A stretch of 35,302 nucleotides of DNA from Octopus sinensis (GCF_006345805.1 NW_021828053.1:1-35302); one strand, 5' to 3'. Shown: positions 11,080 through 22,260, counted from the stretch's first letter. A program made the numbers and translations. The notes: generated by a model not told the origin, from the letters alone.

Positions 11080-12480
11080 TATATGGAATTTTGGAGAGAA
11101 TGAAAGGCGAAATAAAAGAGCGAGAAAGAGAAAAAAAGAAAAAAAGAAGATAGAAAAGGAAGAATGAAAGAAAGAAGAGAAAGAAAGAAAGAGAGAGGAA
11201 AAAAGAAACAGAAAAAAAAAAGAAACAAGACAAAGAAAGTAAGAAGAATGAAAGAAGAACTTGCGAAAGAAAGAAAAGAGAAACACAAAACAGGGAAAGA
11301 AAGAAGGAAAAGGGAAAAAGAAAGGGAGAAGAAAGACAGAAAGCCATAAGGAAAGCGGAAAGGAAAGAAAGAAAGGTGGGAAGTAAGGAAGTGAGGAAGG
11401 GTGAGACGAAGGAAGAAAGACTGAATACCAAAAGAAAGAAAGGGAGAAAAGAATAAAAAGATAATGAGAGAAAGAAACGAGAAACTAGGAAAGGAAGAAG
11501 GAGAAGGGAAAAAGAAAGAGGGAAGAAAGACAGAAACGAATAAGGAAAGCGAAAAGGAAAAAAAGAAAGAAAGAATGAATGAAAGGAGGGAGGAAGGGAG
11601 GTTGGAAGGAAGGAAGGAAGGAAGGAAGAGAGGAAGGAAGAAAGACTGAAAACAAAAAGAAAGAAAAGAAGAAAAGAAGAAAAAGAAAATGAAAGAATCA
11701 AGAAACAAGGAAAGGAAGAAGGGAAAAAGAGAGAAGAAAGACAGAAAAAAAGGAAAGAGAAAAGGAAAGAATGAAAGAGAGGAAGGAAGGGATTAAGGAA
11801 GAAAAGGAGAGAGAAAGAAAGAATGAAAACCAAAAGAAAGAAAGGAAAAAAAGAAGAAAAAGAAAATGATGGAAAGAAATAAGAAACAAGAAAAGGAAGA
11901 AGGAGAAGGGAAAAAGAGAGAAGAAAGACAGAAAAATAAGGAAAGAGAAAAAGAACGAATGAAAGGGAGGAAGGAAGGGATTAAGGATGAAAAGAAGAGA
12001 GAAAGAAAGAATGAAAACCAAAAGAAAGAAAGGAAAAAAAGAAGAAAAAGAAAATGATGGAAAGAAATAAGAAACAAGAAAAGGAAGAAGGAGAAGAGAA
12101 GGGAAAAAGAGAGAAGAAAGACAGAAAAAAAGGAAAGAGAAAAGGAAAGAATGAAAGAGAGGAAGGAAGGGATTAGGATTAAGGATGAAAAGAAGAGAGA
12201 AAGAAAGAATGAAAACCAAAAGAAAGAAAGGAAGAAAAGAAGAAAAAGAAAATGATAAAAAGAAAGACAGTAAGAAGGAAAGCGAGGAATAAAGAAAGAC
12301 AGAAAGGAAGGAAGGAAGAAAGAAAGAAAGAAACAAAGAAACAAACAAACAAAGAAAGAAAGAAAGAAAGAAAGAAAGACAGGAATAAAGAAAGAAAGGA
12401 GGAAAGAACGGTGGAAAGGAATGAAGGAAGGAAATAGTAAAAGATCGCCAGAAAGACAGGAGAGCAAAGGAAAAAAAATG
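11080..12480 (+). repeat. ~1.4-kb polypurine (AAAG/GGAA/GAA) tract with ~190-bp higher-order unit
   Basis: Anchor GA(A/C)TGAA(A/T)AC(C/A)AAAAGAAAGAAA at 11419, 11644, 11821, 12009, 12207. Confidence 0.85.
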
Positions 12481-12902
12481 TCAATGCTGCAGAAATGAAG
12501 ATACAAAAGATTTTATTTTTAATTTTTTCGATTGAACCAATTCATGATTGCATTGGAAACTGCAAATTATTAGCGGTTAACGATCAGAAAAGCCGTGAAT
12601 TTTGTATCTGCAGAGTTTCCATACTTTAAACCTGAAAGAGGAAAGAAGCTTCACAAATCGCTGCTGTTGCGTTTGTAGCGCGCGCGAAAATTATGGGGTT
12701 TCTTGGGTGGCCATATAAATATATTACATCAATAGGCATACTGCGCTCTGATACGCACGCACACACGCACACATACACACACACACACGCACACACATAC
12801 GCACACACAGATACACACTAACACACACACGTATATAAACGCATATATACAGGAACCCATGCATGCGAGAAGATAGCTTTTGAAATCCAGTGTTAATGAA
12901 CT

Positions 12903-13873
12903 AAGGGGGAATATTGATTTCGGAATTTTGGCACAAGGCCCAGCAGGAGAGAGCGGGAGAGGGACTACGTCCATTACATCGACCTCAGTATGTAACTGGG
13001 ACTTAATTTAGTTTATCGATTCGGAAAGGCTGAAATGCAAAGTCGACCTTGGCGGAATTTGAACACAGAACGTAAAAAACGAAGAAGGGCATAAGTCGAT
13101 TACATCGACCCCAGTGTTCAACTGGTACTTATTTTGTCGACCAAGAAAGGATAAAAGGCAAGGTCGAACTGAACCCTGACCGTAAAGGCAGACGAAGTGC
13201 CGCTGAGCATTCTGCCCGGCCTGCTAACGATTCTGTCAGCTCGTCGCCTTATCTGAGGGAAATATTGGTCTCAAATGTTTACACAAGGCTAGAAAGTTCG
13301 TGGGGGTGGGACGGAAGGGTTAGAGTGGGTCGGAAGGTTGATTACATCGACCCCAGTGTTTCACTGGTATTTATTTTAGCGATTCCCGAAGGATGAAAGG
13401 CAAAGTCGACCTCGGCGGAATTTGAACTCAGAACGTAACGGCAGACGAATTACTGCTAAGCATTTCGCAAGGCGTGCTAACGTTTCTTATTTCTTTATTG
13501 CCCACAAGGAGCTAAACATAGAGGGGACAAATTAGTTCAGACAAAGGGGTTAAGTTTTATCACATCGACCCCAGTGTGTAACTGATACTTAATTTATCGA
13601 CCCCGAAAGGATGAAAGGCAAAGTCGTCCTCGGCGGAATTTGAACTCAGAACGGAGCGGCAGACGAAATACCTATTTCTTTACTACTCACAAGGGACTAA
13701 ATACAGAGAGGACAAACAAGGACAGACAAACGGATTAACTCGATTATATCGATCCCGAAAGGATGAAAGGCAAAGTCGACCTCGGCGGAATTTCAACTCA
13801 GAACGTAACGGCAGACGACATACGGCTCAACATTTTGCCCGGCATGCTAACAGCTCTGCAAGCTCGCCACCTT
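12903..13873 (-). mobile_element. Five head-to-tail SINE family B copies (12903-13084, 13086-13250, 13255-13486, 13487-13672, 13673-13873)
   Basis: Each carries GGCAAAGTCGACCTCGGCGGAATTTGAACTCAGAACG or a degenerate form (B box on minus strand). Confidence 0.85.
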
Positions 13874-14053
13874 CTTCAGAGGGAAATATTAACAACAATA
13901 TTTTTGTAGTCTATAATTTTGTTTACTTCATGTGTACGTCCCGTAGGGGAATTATAAAGCTCCTGATTAATGTAGTTTCTTGTTCAATACCACTACGCGG
14001 CATGTAGCACGGGTACTTTCTTTTATTCTTTTGGGGTTTTTTTGTGGATATTT

Positions 14054-14435
14054 GCGCAGGCATGACTATGTATTTAAGAAGTTAGCTTAGCATTTACAGA
14101 GTTTCGGGTTCAGCCTCTCATGCCGTGCACCACCTTGAGCAAATATCTTTGCGCGACCTTGAGCAAACGCTTTGCTCGAGAAGCTGTTAGATCGAAATTG
14201 TGAGGAATACCATAGTATGTTTTTGTTTGTGTGTGCGTGTATGGGGGCTATGTGTGTGGTGTACGCATCTTTCTTTTTGAATTTCCGGTGTCGGTTTCAT
14301 TACGTCCTCCGAATCTAGACGCTCGGCAAAAAGTGATAATAGACAGAACTATATTCCAGACTTCGAAACGATAACTGAGCTTAATTTTTCCGGCAAAAAA
14401 CCCTTCAGCTTGGTAAGAGTCTAGTGACTGGAACA
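14054..14435 (+). mobile_element. Highly diverged SINE family A copy
   Basis: GCGCAGGGCATG head, CACCTTGAGCAAATATCTT, CTCGGCAAAAAG and TGACTGGAAC tail remnants. Confidence 0.55.
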
Positions 14436-14440
14436 TGTCA

Positions 14441-14450
14441 AATAATAATA

Positions 14451-14488
<38 letters not shown>

Positions 14489-14509
14489 GTAATAATAATA
14501 ATAATAATA

Positions 14510-14545
<36 letters not shown>

Positions 14546-14621
14546 GTAATAATAATAATAATAATAACAACAAAAACAACAACAACAACAACAACAACAA
14601 CAATAATAATAATAATAATAC
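14441..14621. repeat. (AAT)n/(AAC)n microsatellite
   Basis: Direct reading. Confidence 0.95.
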
Positions 14622-14785
14622 TTTAGAAGCAAGGACAACTGATACAAATAGCGGCAAAACACGAGCAAAACAAAAAACTGTTCTCAGTATTTTCGGAAGC
14701 TGACAAATACAAAGAAGAAATCATACTAACAAATATGAAGAAGAAGAAGAAGAAGAAGAAGAAGAAGAAGAAAGAAGAAGAAGAT

Positions 14786-15045
14786 TTTGCCAGCTCGCCC
14801 CCTTAAATGAGGGAAATATTGGTTTCAAATTTTGGCACGAGGCCAGCAATTTCAGGCGGATGAGATAAGTCGATTACATCGACCTTAGTGCTCAGCTGGT
14901 ACTTTTTTATCGACCACGAAAAAAAAAAAAAAAAAGAAAGCCAACATTGACCACGGTGGTGTTTGAACCCAAAACATAAAGACGGACGAAGCGCCGTTAA
15001 GTATTTTCCCCCGGCGTGCTAACGACTCTGCTACATCGCCGACTT
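14786..15045 (-). mobile_element. SINE family B copy preceded by a head remnant of another
   Basis: GCCAGCTCGCCCCCTT remnant, then GAGGGAAATATTGG...GCTAACGACTCTG. Confidence 0.75.
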
Positions 15046-15099
15046 AGCGTTTCTGACAAAATGCTTGGTAGCAGCATTGGATGGAGAAAGCTGTGGGCA

Positions 15100-15467
15100 T
15101 GCGTGTATGTATGCTTATATAAAAGGTTATGCATATGTGGTGTGTATGTGTTATATGTATGTAGGGTGTATGTGTTTGTGTATTTGTGTGTGTATGTGTG
15201 TATGGCTGCGCGGCGTGTGTGTACGTCTATTTGTGTGTTTATTTAGCGGTGTTGTGTATAATTTTTGTGCGTTTGTGGTGTATGTGTTTGAGTTTGTGAG
15301 TTGTTTTTGTTTGTTTCTGTGTGTGTGTAAGAGAGAGAGAGAGAGTGTGTGTGGGGGGGGGGAGAGAGAGAGTGTGTGTGTGTGTGGGAGAGAGAGAGAG
15401 AGAGTATGTGTGTGTGTGTGAGAGAGACAGAGAGAGAGAGTGTGTGTGTGTGTGTGAGAGAGAGAGA

Positions 15468-15538
<71 letters not shown>

Positions 15539-15640
15539 TGTGTGTGTTTGTGTGTGTGTGAGAGAGAGAGAGAGAGTTGTGTGTGTGTGTTTCTCGTGTG
15601 TGTGTATGAGAGTGTGTTTCTTTGTGTATATGTGTGTGTG
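15100..15640. repeat. Alternating (GT)n/(GA)n blocks
   Basis: Direct reading. Confidence 0.9.
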
Positions 15641-15924
15641 CTACTTCTTCATTGCCATTACATTTCTATGGAATCCCCTACAAAAGCAAAAATTTTCTGG
15701 CTTTTAAGGTTACAGGCTTTCTATAAAGTTGATTTCACATTCACTTTCACTTTCCATCAACATCATCATCGTTACCATCGTCGTCGTCGTCATCACCGTC
15801 ATCATCATCATTGTCGTTGTTGTCGTCGGCGCTATCGTCGTCGTCGTCGTCATTTAATGTCCAATGTTCTATGCTAGCATGTGCTGAAATTTTTTTACAG
15901 GATGCAATGGTTCCAAGGACCACA

Positions 15925-16250
15925 TTGTGCTCCAGCATCTGTTTTGGCATGTTTTTTTACGGCTGGATGCCCTTCCTAACGGCAACCTATTTCTTTACTA
16001 CCCACAAGGGGCTAAACACAGAGAAGACAAACAAGGGTAGACAAACGGATAAAGTCGATTATATCGACCCCAGTGCGTAACTGGTACTTAATTTATCGAC
16101 CCCGAAAGGATGAAAGGCAAAGTCGACCACGGCGGAATTTTGAACTCAGAACGTAACGGCAGACGAAATGCCGCCAAGCATTTCGTCCGGCTCGTTAACG
16201 TTTCTGCCAGCTCGCCGCCCTTCCTAACAGCAACCACTTTCCAACGTACA
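15925..16250 (+). mobile_element. RTE-like LINE 3' tail fragment interrupted by a SINE
   Basis: TTTTACGGCTGGATGCCCTTCCTAAC.GCAACC resembles RTE-clade 3' ends. Confidence 0.5.
15988..16222 (-). mobile_element. Full-length SINE family B with long TSD
   Basis: GCCCTTCCTAAC(G/A)GCAACC at 15969-15987 and 16217-16235. Confidence 0.85.
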
Positions 16251-16756
16251 TTTTATTTTATCTTTCTTCTTTTTCGTACGATTGGCACTTGCGATGTTAC
16301 CATGCAACTCGCAAAACTCACAGGGTGCGGCAGAAAGTTTGCCCCGATTTCAAAAGTTAATAAAAAAAGAAACGCATGAAGATAAAAGAAAAAAAAACGA
16401 TGCTCTCCACTCCAGGCCATGGTGGGTACTAACTGAAACAGAAGTAGAAATGGCATTTAATAAACTTCATAGAAATACAAACACACAAAAACCGAGTTTT
16501 CGGATTTTTTTTCTCAGCGGATTATGTTTTCGATGACGGAGATTCCGAATATGCAAAAAAATCACGTTTTTAAAATTTTTAATTCTTCCCCCACAATTTT
16601 TTAATTTTTAACTTTTTACCACGTATTGGTAAAAGCTTTGTCGATGTAAGAACGATTACAACCGATGTATACTAACGTTTCTGCAGCATAGTGAGTTTCT
16701 TTGCCCTAGGTGTCGGGAAGACAATAGCTAAGAAATGGAAAGAAAACCGAAAGTAG

Positions 16757-16771
16757 AACTACTACTACTAT

Positions 16772-16808
<37 letters not shown>

Positions 16809-16865
16809 ACTACTACAACTACTACTACTACTACTAATAATAATAATAATAATAATAATAACAAC

Positions 16866-16897
<32 letters not shown>

Positions 16898-16925
16898 AAC
16901 AACAACAATAATAATAATAATAATA

Positions 16926-16963
<38 letters not shown>
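16757..16963. repeat. Compound (CTA)/(CTG)/(AAT)/(AAC) microsatellite
   Basis: Direct reading. Confidence 0.95.
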
Positions 16964-17136
16964 TTTAAAACAAACATAATTTTCGTATGGTTTTTTTTTA
17001 GGCATTCACTAGTGCAACACTAAGTACAAAACCAAATATATGGCACCCTAGGCATAACACCAACATGAACTTCCAACTTGTCTATTGAGGTCTCTGTTAT
17101 TATAATAATAACAACAAGAACAACAACAAGAACAAC

Positions 17137-17345
17137 AACAAGAGCACTCAGAGAGGGCAAACCTCCGCCAAGGCAACACCAACATCCTCTCAACGATTAG
17201 CCTGGTGCCAGTCACGAGGTCAAACATCTCTGAAAGTTTCATACAAATCCATCCGGCGGTCTTTGAGATATCTTGTCCACTGACAAACAAACAAACAAAC
17301 ACAACTGAAAACAATGCATTCACCTTCGCTAAGGTGGGGCTAAAT
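17137..17345 (-). mobile_element. Helentron-type non-autonomous element (HINE-like), internally deleted
   Basis: Hairpin CACCTT-CGCT-AAGGTG at 17321-17336, (AAAC)n, subterminal ACCTCCGCC at 17161, terminal GCACTC-AGA-GAGGGC hairpin. Confidence 0.6.
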
Positions 17346-18136
17346 AACCTGCTTGTTCGTTCACCTGTAATACATTAGCTATTTAGAGAGGTGAAAGTGG
17401 AGTGTGTAAGTGGAGTATGAGTGAGAAAGAGAGAGAGAGAAAGGGAAGAGTGGACAAAGAAGACAGGAAGAAGTTCAGAAAGGGGATTGATATTAAAAGA
17501 AAAGTGTATTAATATTAATACACTTAGGCCAAAATACGTGGCCAAGAACGAGAGAAAATCAGAGATGTGTTGATGACGTGTGGTTGAGTGGGAAAGGTAT
17601 ACATATCACGTGGTTAAGAACTTAGCTGAATGGAAAGGTAGATAGAGATGGACAGGGGAGGCAGTTACATTGAGAAAGATAGAGGAGGGTGAAGCAGACA
17701 GTGGTGATGGTGATGGCGGTGTGTTGATATTGAAAATTATTTCTTTTTATTGAACTGATTTCTTTTATAGCGGGCCATCGCCTACGCATAATTGCAAATA
17801 ATTTTTTTGTCTGCTCGCTTAAAAAAAAAATTGATATTTGTTTATAAAGGTTAATTTAGCCTAAAATCAGGATTCAAAAGAAACACGGTTGCAAGCCGTT
17901 TGACAGACGATGCACAGTTATAGAGCATGGATCAGAGTAGAAGGGCGAGAAGATATAAATAATTAAAAGAAGGAAAAGACAACGCTGACGGAAACGTGAG
18001 CAAATGAATGTAGGTGAACGCCAAGAATATATTTAAAGAAAGCTAAACTATGGATGCTAGAAAAATGCAAATTCGGCTTTCTCTTTCTTAAATAGGTCTT
18101 CTTGATATCTTCTATTTTGTGGAATTTACACCGGTC

Positions 18137-18137
<1 letters not shown>

Positions 18138-18167
<30 letters not shown>

Positions 18168-18223
18168 ACTACTACTACTACTACTACTACTACAACTGCT
18201 GCTGCTGCTGCTACTGCTGCTGC

Positions 18224-18254
<31 letters not shown>
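18138..18254. repeat. (CTA)/(CTG)/(AAT) microsatellite
   Basis: Direct reading. Confidence 0.95.
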
Positions 18255-18258
<4 letters not shown>

Positions 18259-18720
18259 GCCCTGATGTAGTACCAAGCAGTGGCTCTCATGGCTTCTGAT
18301 CTTAACTGATTGGAAGTGTTATCATGTACATTGTTTTGTCTTTGTATAAAAGATGGGCTACAGCAAATATTCTGCTCGATACCACAGATTTGCTTGTCAG
18401 TTGTTTGATCTTAACCAGTTGAGTATGTCCCTTAGTGGCTGACGATATGTGCATCTCTGATCACGTGCAGAAGAAGTGGGGGAGCATCATAGCCATGTGT
18501 TGAGAGGGATTCTTTGGGGTTTGAATAATTCACCTTTGGAAATATTGGTGTTTCGTTCAACATCCTTAAACAATCCTTATTCAGGGACCTTTTCAGCGGG
18601 ATGGGTTACTCAACCAGAAGAAAATTCTAACTGGGCCCCACCTGCAAGGTCATGCGTTGCTTATCTTGATATGAGATTACCATGTCGCGCACATATGGTT
18701 GTGATGCATGTGCCTGGTGT
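18255..18720 (-). mobile_element. Non-LTR retroelement 3' region ending in a (TTA)n tail
   Basis: Near-identical reverse complement of 30745-31001; both abut (TTA)n. Confidence 0.75.
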
Positions 18721-18721
18721 A

Positions 18722-18919
18722 TGCACAAAACCTGAAATTTCATGGGAGAGGACTAGTCGATTACATCGATCCCAGTACTTGACTGATACTCAATTTATCG
18801 ACGCCGAAAGGATGAAAGGCGAAGTCGACCCCGGTGGAATTCGAACTCAACGAAAGGACGGACGAAATGCCGCTAAGCATTTTGATCGGCGTGCCAACAA
18901 TTCTGCCAGTTCGCCGCCT
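18722..18919 (-). mobile_element. SINE family B copy
   Basis: GTCGATTACATCGA...GGATGAAAGGCGAAGTCGACC...TTCGCCGCCT. Confidence 0.8.
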
Positions 18920-18924
18920 GAATA

Positions 18925-18955
<31 letters not shown>

Positions 18956-18978
18956 GGATGAGGATGATGATCAGTACT

Positions 18979-19092
18979 CAACTATCAACATGGTTGAAAA
19001 AGGTCGGTGCAAGTGTGAAGATAGTAGAACACCTACAAAATTCGGCACTGTTTGGAACTGCAAGAATTCTTCGCAAGGTTCTTGAAGCATGA
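18979..19092 (+). pseudogene. C-terminal fragment of an R4/Dong-like (restriction-like endonuclease) LINE ORF
   Basis: Translates to TWLKKVGASVKIVEHLQNSALFGTARILRKVLEA*, matching the LQxxALLGTARILRKVL C-terminal motif. Confidence 0.7.
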
Positions 19093-19104
19093 CCAGTAAA
19101 CAAA

Positions 19105-19312
19105 TACTCTTTACTTGTTTCAGTCATTTGACCGCGGCCATGCTGGAGCACCACCTTTTTTTTAATTTTTAGTCGAACAAATCGACCCCATGACTTATTC
19201 TTTGTAAACCTAGTACTTATTCTATCGGTATCTTTTTGCCGAACCACTAAGTAACGGGGACGTAAACACACCAGCATCGGTTGTCAAGCGATATTGGGAG
19301 AACAAGCTTATG

Positions 19313-19347
<35 letters not shown>

Positions 19348-19510
19348 GACAGGCTTCTTTCAGTTTCCATCTACCAAATTCACTCACAAGGCTTTGGTCG
19401 GCCCGAGGCTATAGTAGAAAACACTTGCCCAAGGTGCCATGAAGTGGAACTGAACCCGGAACCATGTGGTTGGTAAGCAAGCTACTTACCACACAGCCAC
19501 TCCTACGCCT
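19105..19510 (-). mobile_element. SINE family A, full length
   Basis: Reverse complement of the 8418 and 24751 copies. Confidence 0.9.
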
Positions 19511-19644
19511 AAATGTAAACTTCTCGTTTAGAGTTGCTACTAGTTTCGTCAGGCTACTACTAGTTTCGTGGGGCGAGGAGGGGTTCATGAAGTAAGAATT
19601 TATAGGTAATGGCCTCGTTTAACGTTATTTCATACATATCTAGA

Positions 19645-20089
19645 AGGAGCACTCCGTCGGTTGCGACGACGAGGGTCCCAGCTGATACGATCAACGGAAC
19701 AGCTTGCTCGAGAAATTAGAGGTACAAGCGGCTGAGCACTCCACAGAAACGTAGTTCTCAGTGAGATTCAGCGTGACACAGAATGTGACAAGGCTGGCCC
19801 CTTTTGAAATACAGGTACAACTCATCATTTTTGCCAGCTGAGTGGACTGGAGCAACATGAAATAAAGTGTCTTGCTCAAGGACAAAACGCGTCGCCTGGA
19901 ATTGAACTCATGACATTACAATCGTGGCAAGGCTGGCCCTTTGAAATACTACTCATTTTTGTCTGCTGAGTGGACTGGAGCAACGTGAAATAAAGTGTCT
20001 TGCTCAAGGACACAACGCGTCGCCGGGAATTGAACTCACGACTTTACAATCGTGAGCCGAATACCCTAACCACTAAACCACGCGCCTTC
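19645..20089 (-). mobile_element. CORE-type tRNA SINE family D (tail X) with internal tandem duplication
   Basis: Minus strand GAAGGCGCGTGGTTTAGTGGTTAGGG head and GTGTCCTTGAGCAAGACAC CORE motif; 19789-19926 duplicated at 19928-20054. Confidence 0.85.
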
Positions 20090-20439
20090 AATCATACATA
20101 TATGTGTTTATACACATATACATACATACATGGGGATACATACACACATACACACATACATGATAAGCATTTATTCCTTTGTCATCTTTCTTACACACAA
20201 ACACACACACGCATACACACACGCACTCATACACACACACGCATACACACACACAGATATATGTACACACGTATAAAAGCACTCACAAGAAACCTTTCAT
20301 GGCTGCAGGTTTGCCAATATCACATGATGGCTTTCTTTACACATTCGTGTGTTTGTGTGTGTGTCAATATCTGCGTGTGTATGTGCACATATATATATAT
20401 ATGCATATATGGTGTGTATGCACATATATATATGTGTGT

Positions 20440-20499
<60 letters not shown>

Positions 20500-20540
20500 G
20501 TGCATATATATATATATGTGTGTGTGTGCATGTGTGAAAA
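20090..20540. repeat. (CA)n, (TA)n and (GT)n tracts
   Basis: Direct reading. Confidence 0.85.
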
Positions 20541-20874
20541 ATAATGAGATAAAGCAACAGGGTCTAACCTCTGATCTGTGAGTATGAACGCATATACTGC
20601 ATTAAGAGGCACATTAGACGCATATTCGCATAAGATGCACCGCTATTTTATAAGGATATCATATAGAAATGAAAGAAGTTCAGTACGCTCCAACACATAC
20701 TTATTGAAAGGCATTTGAGGGGCCGGATATCAGATTTTGGTTCTGTGTATCCAAATACATCGCCGCAGTAGACGGGAGAAAAATGTGAAACCATGCGTTT
20801 ATCACCAATGGGAGAACTGTATCGCAACGCTATCGTCTTTCCGATCAGCTATATTCTTGGTTATACTATGGTTA

Positions 20875-21390
20875 ACAGAATGGCCCTGTTGGATCAAAAG
20901 CGCGAAATTCTGGCTGTGACATACACACACATGCACACACACACACGCACACACGCACGCACACATGAATGCATGCACATAACCACGTACACACGCGCGC
21001 ACACACACGAACACATACGCACACACGCACGCACGTACGCACACACGCATACACACACATACACGCGCACACACACACACACACACGAACGCACGCACGT
21101 ACGCACGTATACACACACATACTTTGGTCAGCAGAATTGCCCGATTGGATGTAATGCACGAAATTTTGGCTGTAACACACACACACACACACTCGCGAAC
21201 ATGTACACACACATACACACGCGCGCGCACACACACACACACGTATGCACACATACACATGCACATGCACACACACACACACACACAGAGGCACAGAGGC
21301 ACGCACTCACACACTCACACACGCACACACGCGTACATACGCACACGCGCGCCAACACACACACACAAACATACGCACATATATATATAT
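20875..21390 (+). repeat. Two copies of a ~50-bp motif each followed by long CA/CG-rich microsatellite
   Basis: CAGAAT.GCCC..TTGGAT...GC.CGAAATT.TGGCTGT.AC at about 20876 and 21133. Confidence 0.6.
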
Positions 21391-21542
21391 CCTTTAAATT
21401 CGTTTACAGGAAATATTTTGAATATGCATATATACACTCCTGTTCTATTATACCAGCTACAGTCTAATGGTACCAACTGGCAATACCATTTTTTTAGGGT
21501 TGCACCGAGCTGTGCCAGTATACCAATATAGCAATAATAATA

Positions 21543-21803
21543 ATAATAATTCTCGGATGGAATTTATAAATATTTTAATGCATCGCTACGCGCGTTTCCA
21601 CAAATCACATGTTTCTTAACATCATAGTCCGTATTCCTTCGATGATTTACAGTACAGTCCATAGTATCCATAGATATCTGTTAGATCATGTCCATGCATT
21701 CATTTCTATTGGCGATATGACATTATCGGATCCAATGAATACGAACTGTGGTCTTAAGAAACGTGACTGAGAATATGTATATATTCCATCCAAGGATTAT
21801 TAT
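21543..21803. mobile_element. Unclassified old inverted-repeat (MITE-like) element
   Basis: 21-bp terminal IR with 2 mismatches (21543-21563 / 21783-21803) and an inner ~30-bp IR. Confidence 0.5.
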
Positions 21804-21874
21804 CAGTGTTATACATATACTAGCAGATACCTGAAGTTTGTGTTTATATTATAGAGACAGTGTGTGTGTAAGAG

Positions 21875-21924
21875 GTTGAGAGAGAGAGAGAGAGAGAGGA
21901 GAGAGTGAGAGAGAGAGAGAAATC

Positions 21925-21986
<62 letters not shown>
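21875..21986. repeat. (GA)n and (GATA)n microsatellite
   Basis: Direct reading. Confidence 0.95.
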
Positions 21987-21988
<2 letters not shown>

Positions 21989-22260
21989 TGTTTCTTTATT
22001 AGCCACACAGGGCTGCACACAGACAGAACAAATTACCAGGTAGAGCTTTTCTTTCGAGGATAAAAAAAGGGGGTTGGTTTTCGATCAAAAGGGATCGTAA
22101 AAGGAAAGAAAGACGACAAAAAAAGGGGCGGGGGAGGAAAAAAAAAGAAAAGGGGAGAGGAAAAAAAATTGATCAATAGGGATCGTAATCACAGAAATGT
22201 CAATATGAAGTGTAAAGGGGAGGATAGGTGAGGTTTACCCGTGGAAATAAAGCCTACGGA
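21987..22260 (-). mobile_element. Probable LINE 3' UTR fragment within (GATA)n
   Basis: Minus strand ends GCAGCCCTGTGTGGCTAATAAAGAAACATA(TCTA)n; (GATA)n on both sides. Confidence 0.5.

Noticed and set aside
16320-16700. Possible Tc1-like TIR (CAGGGTGCGGCAGAAA) and subterminal motifs
   Set aside because: No matching second TIR or coding remnant found, so not annotated
18476-18925. 149-aa complex-looking ORF
   Set aside because: Runs across two different repeats, antisense to both
19537-19569. Duplicated GAAACTAGTA on the minus strand with CTGACGA overlapping the second copy
   Set aside because: Looks like a hammerhead relic with palindromic stem III, but stem II is absent in one unit and the core is degenerate in the other
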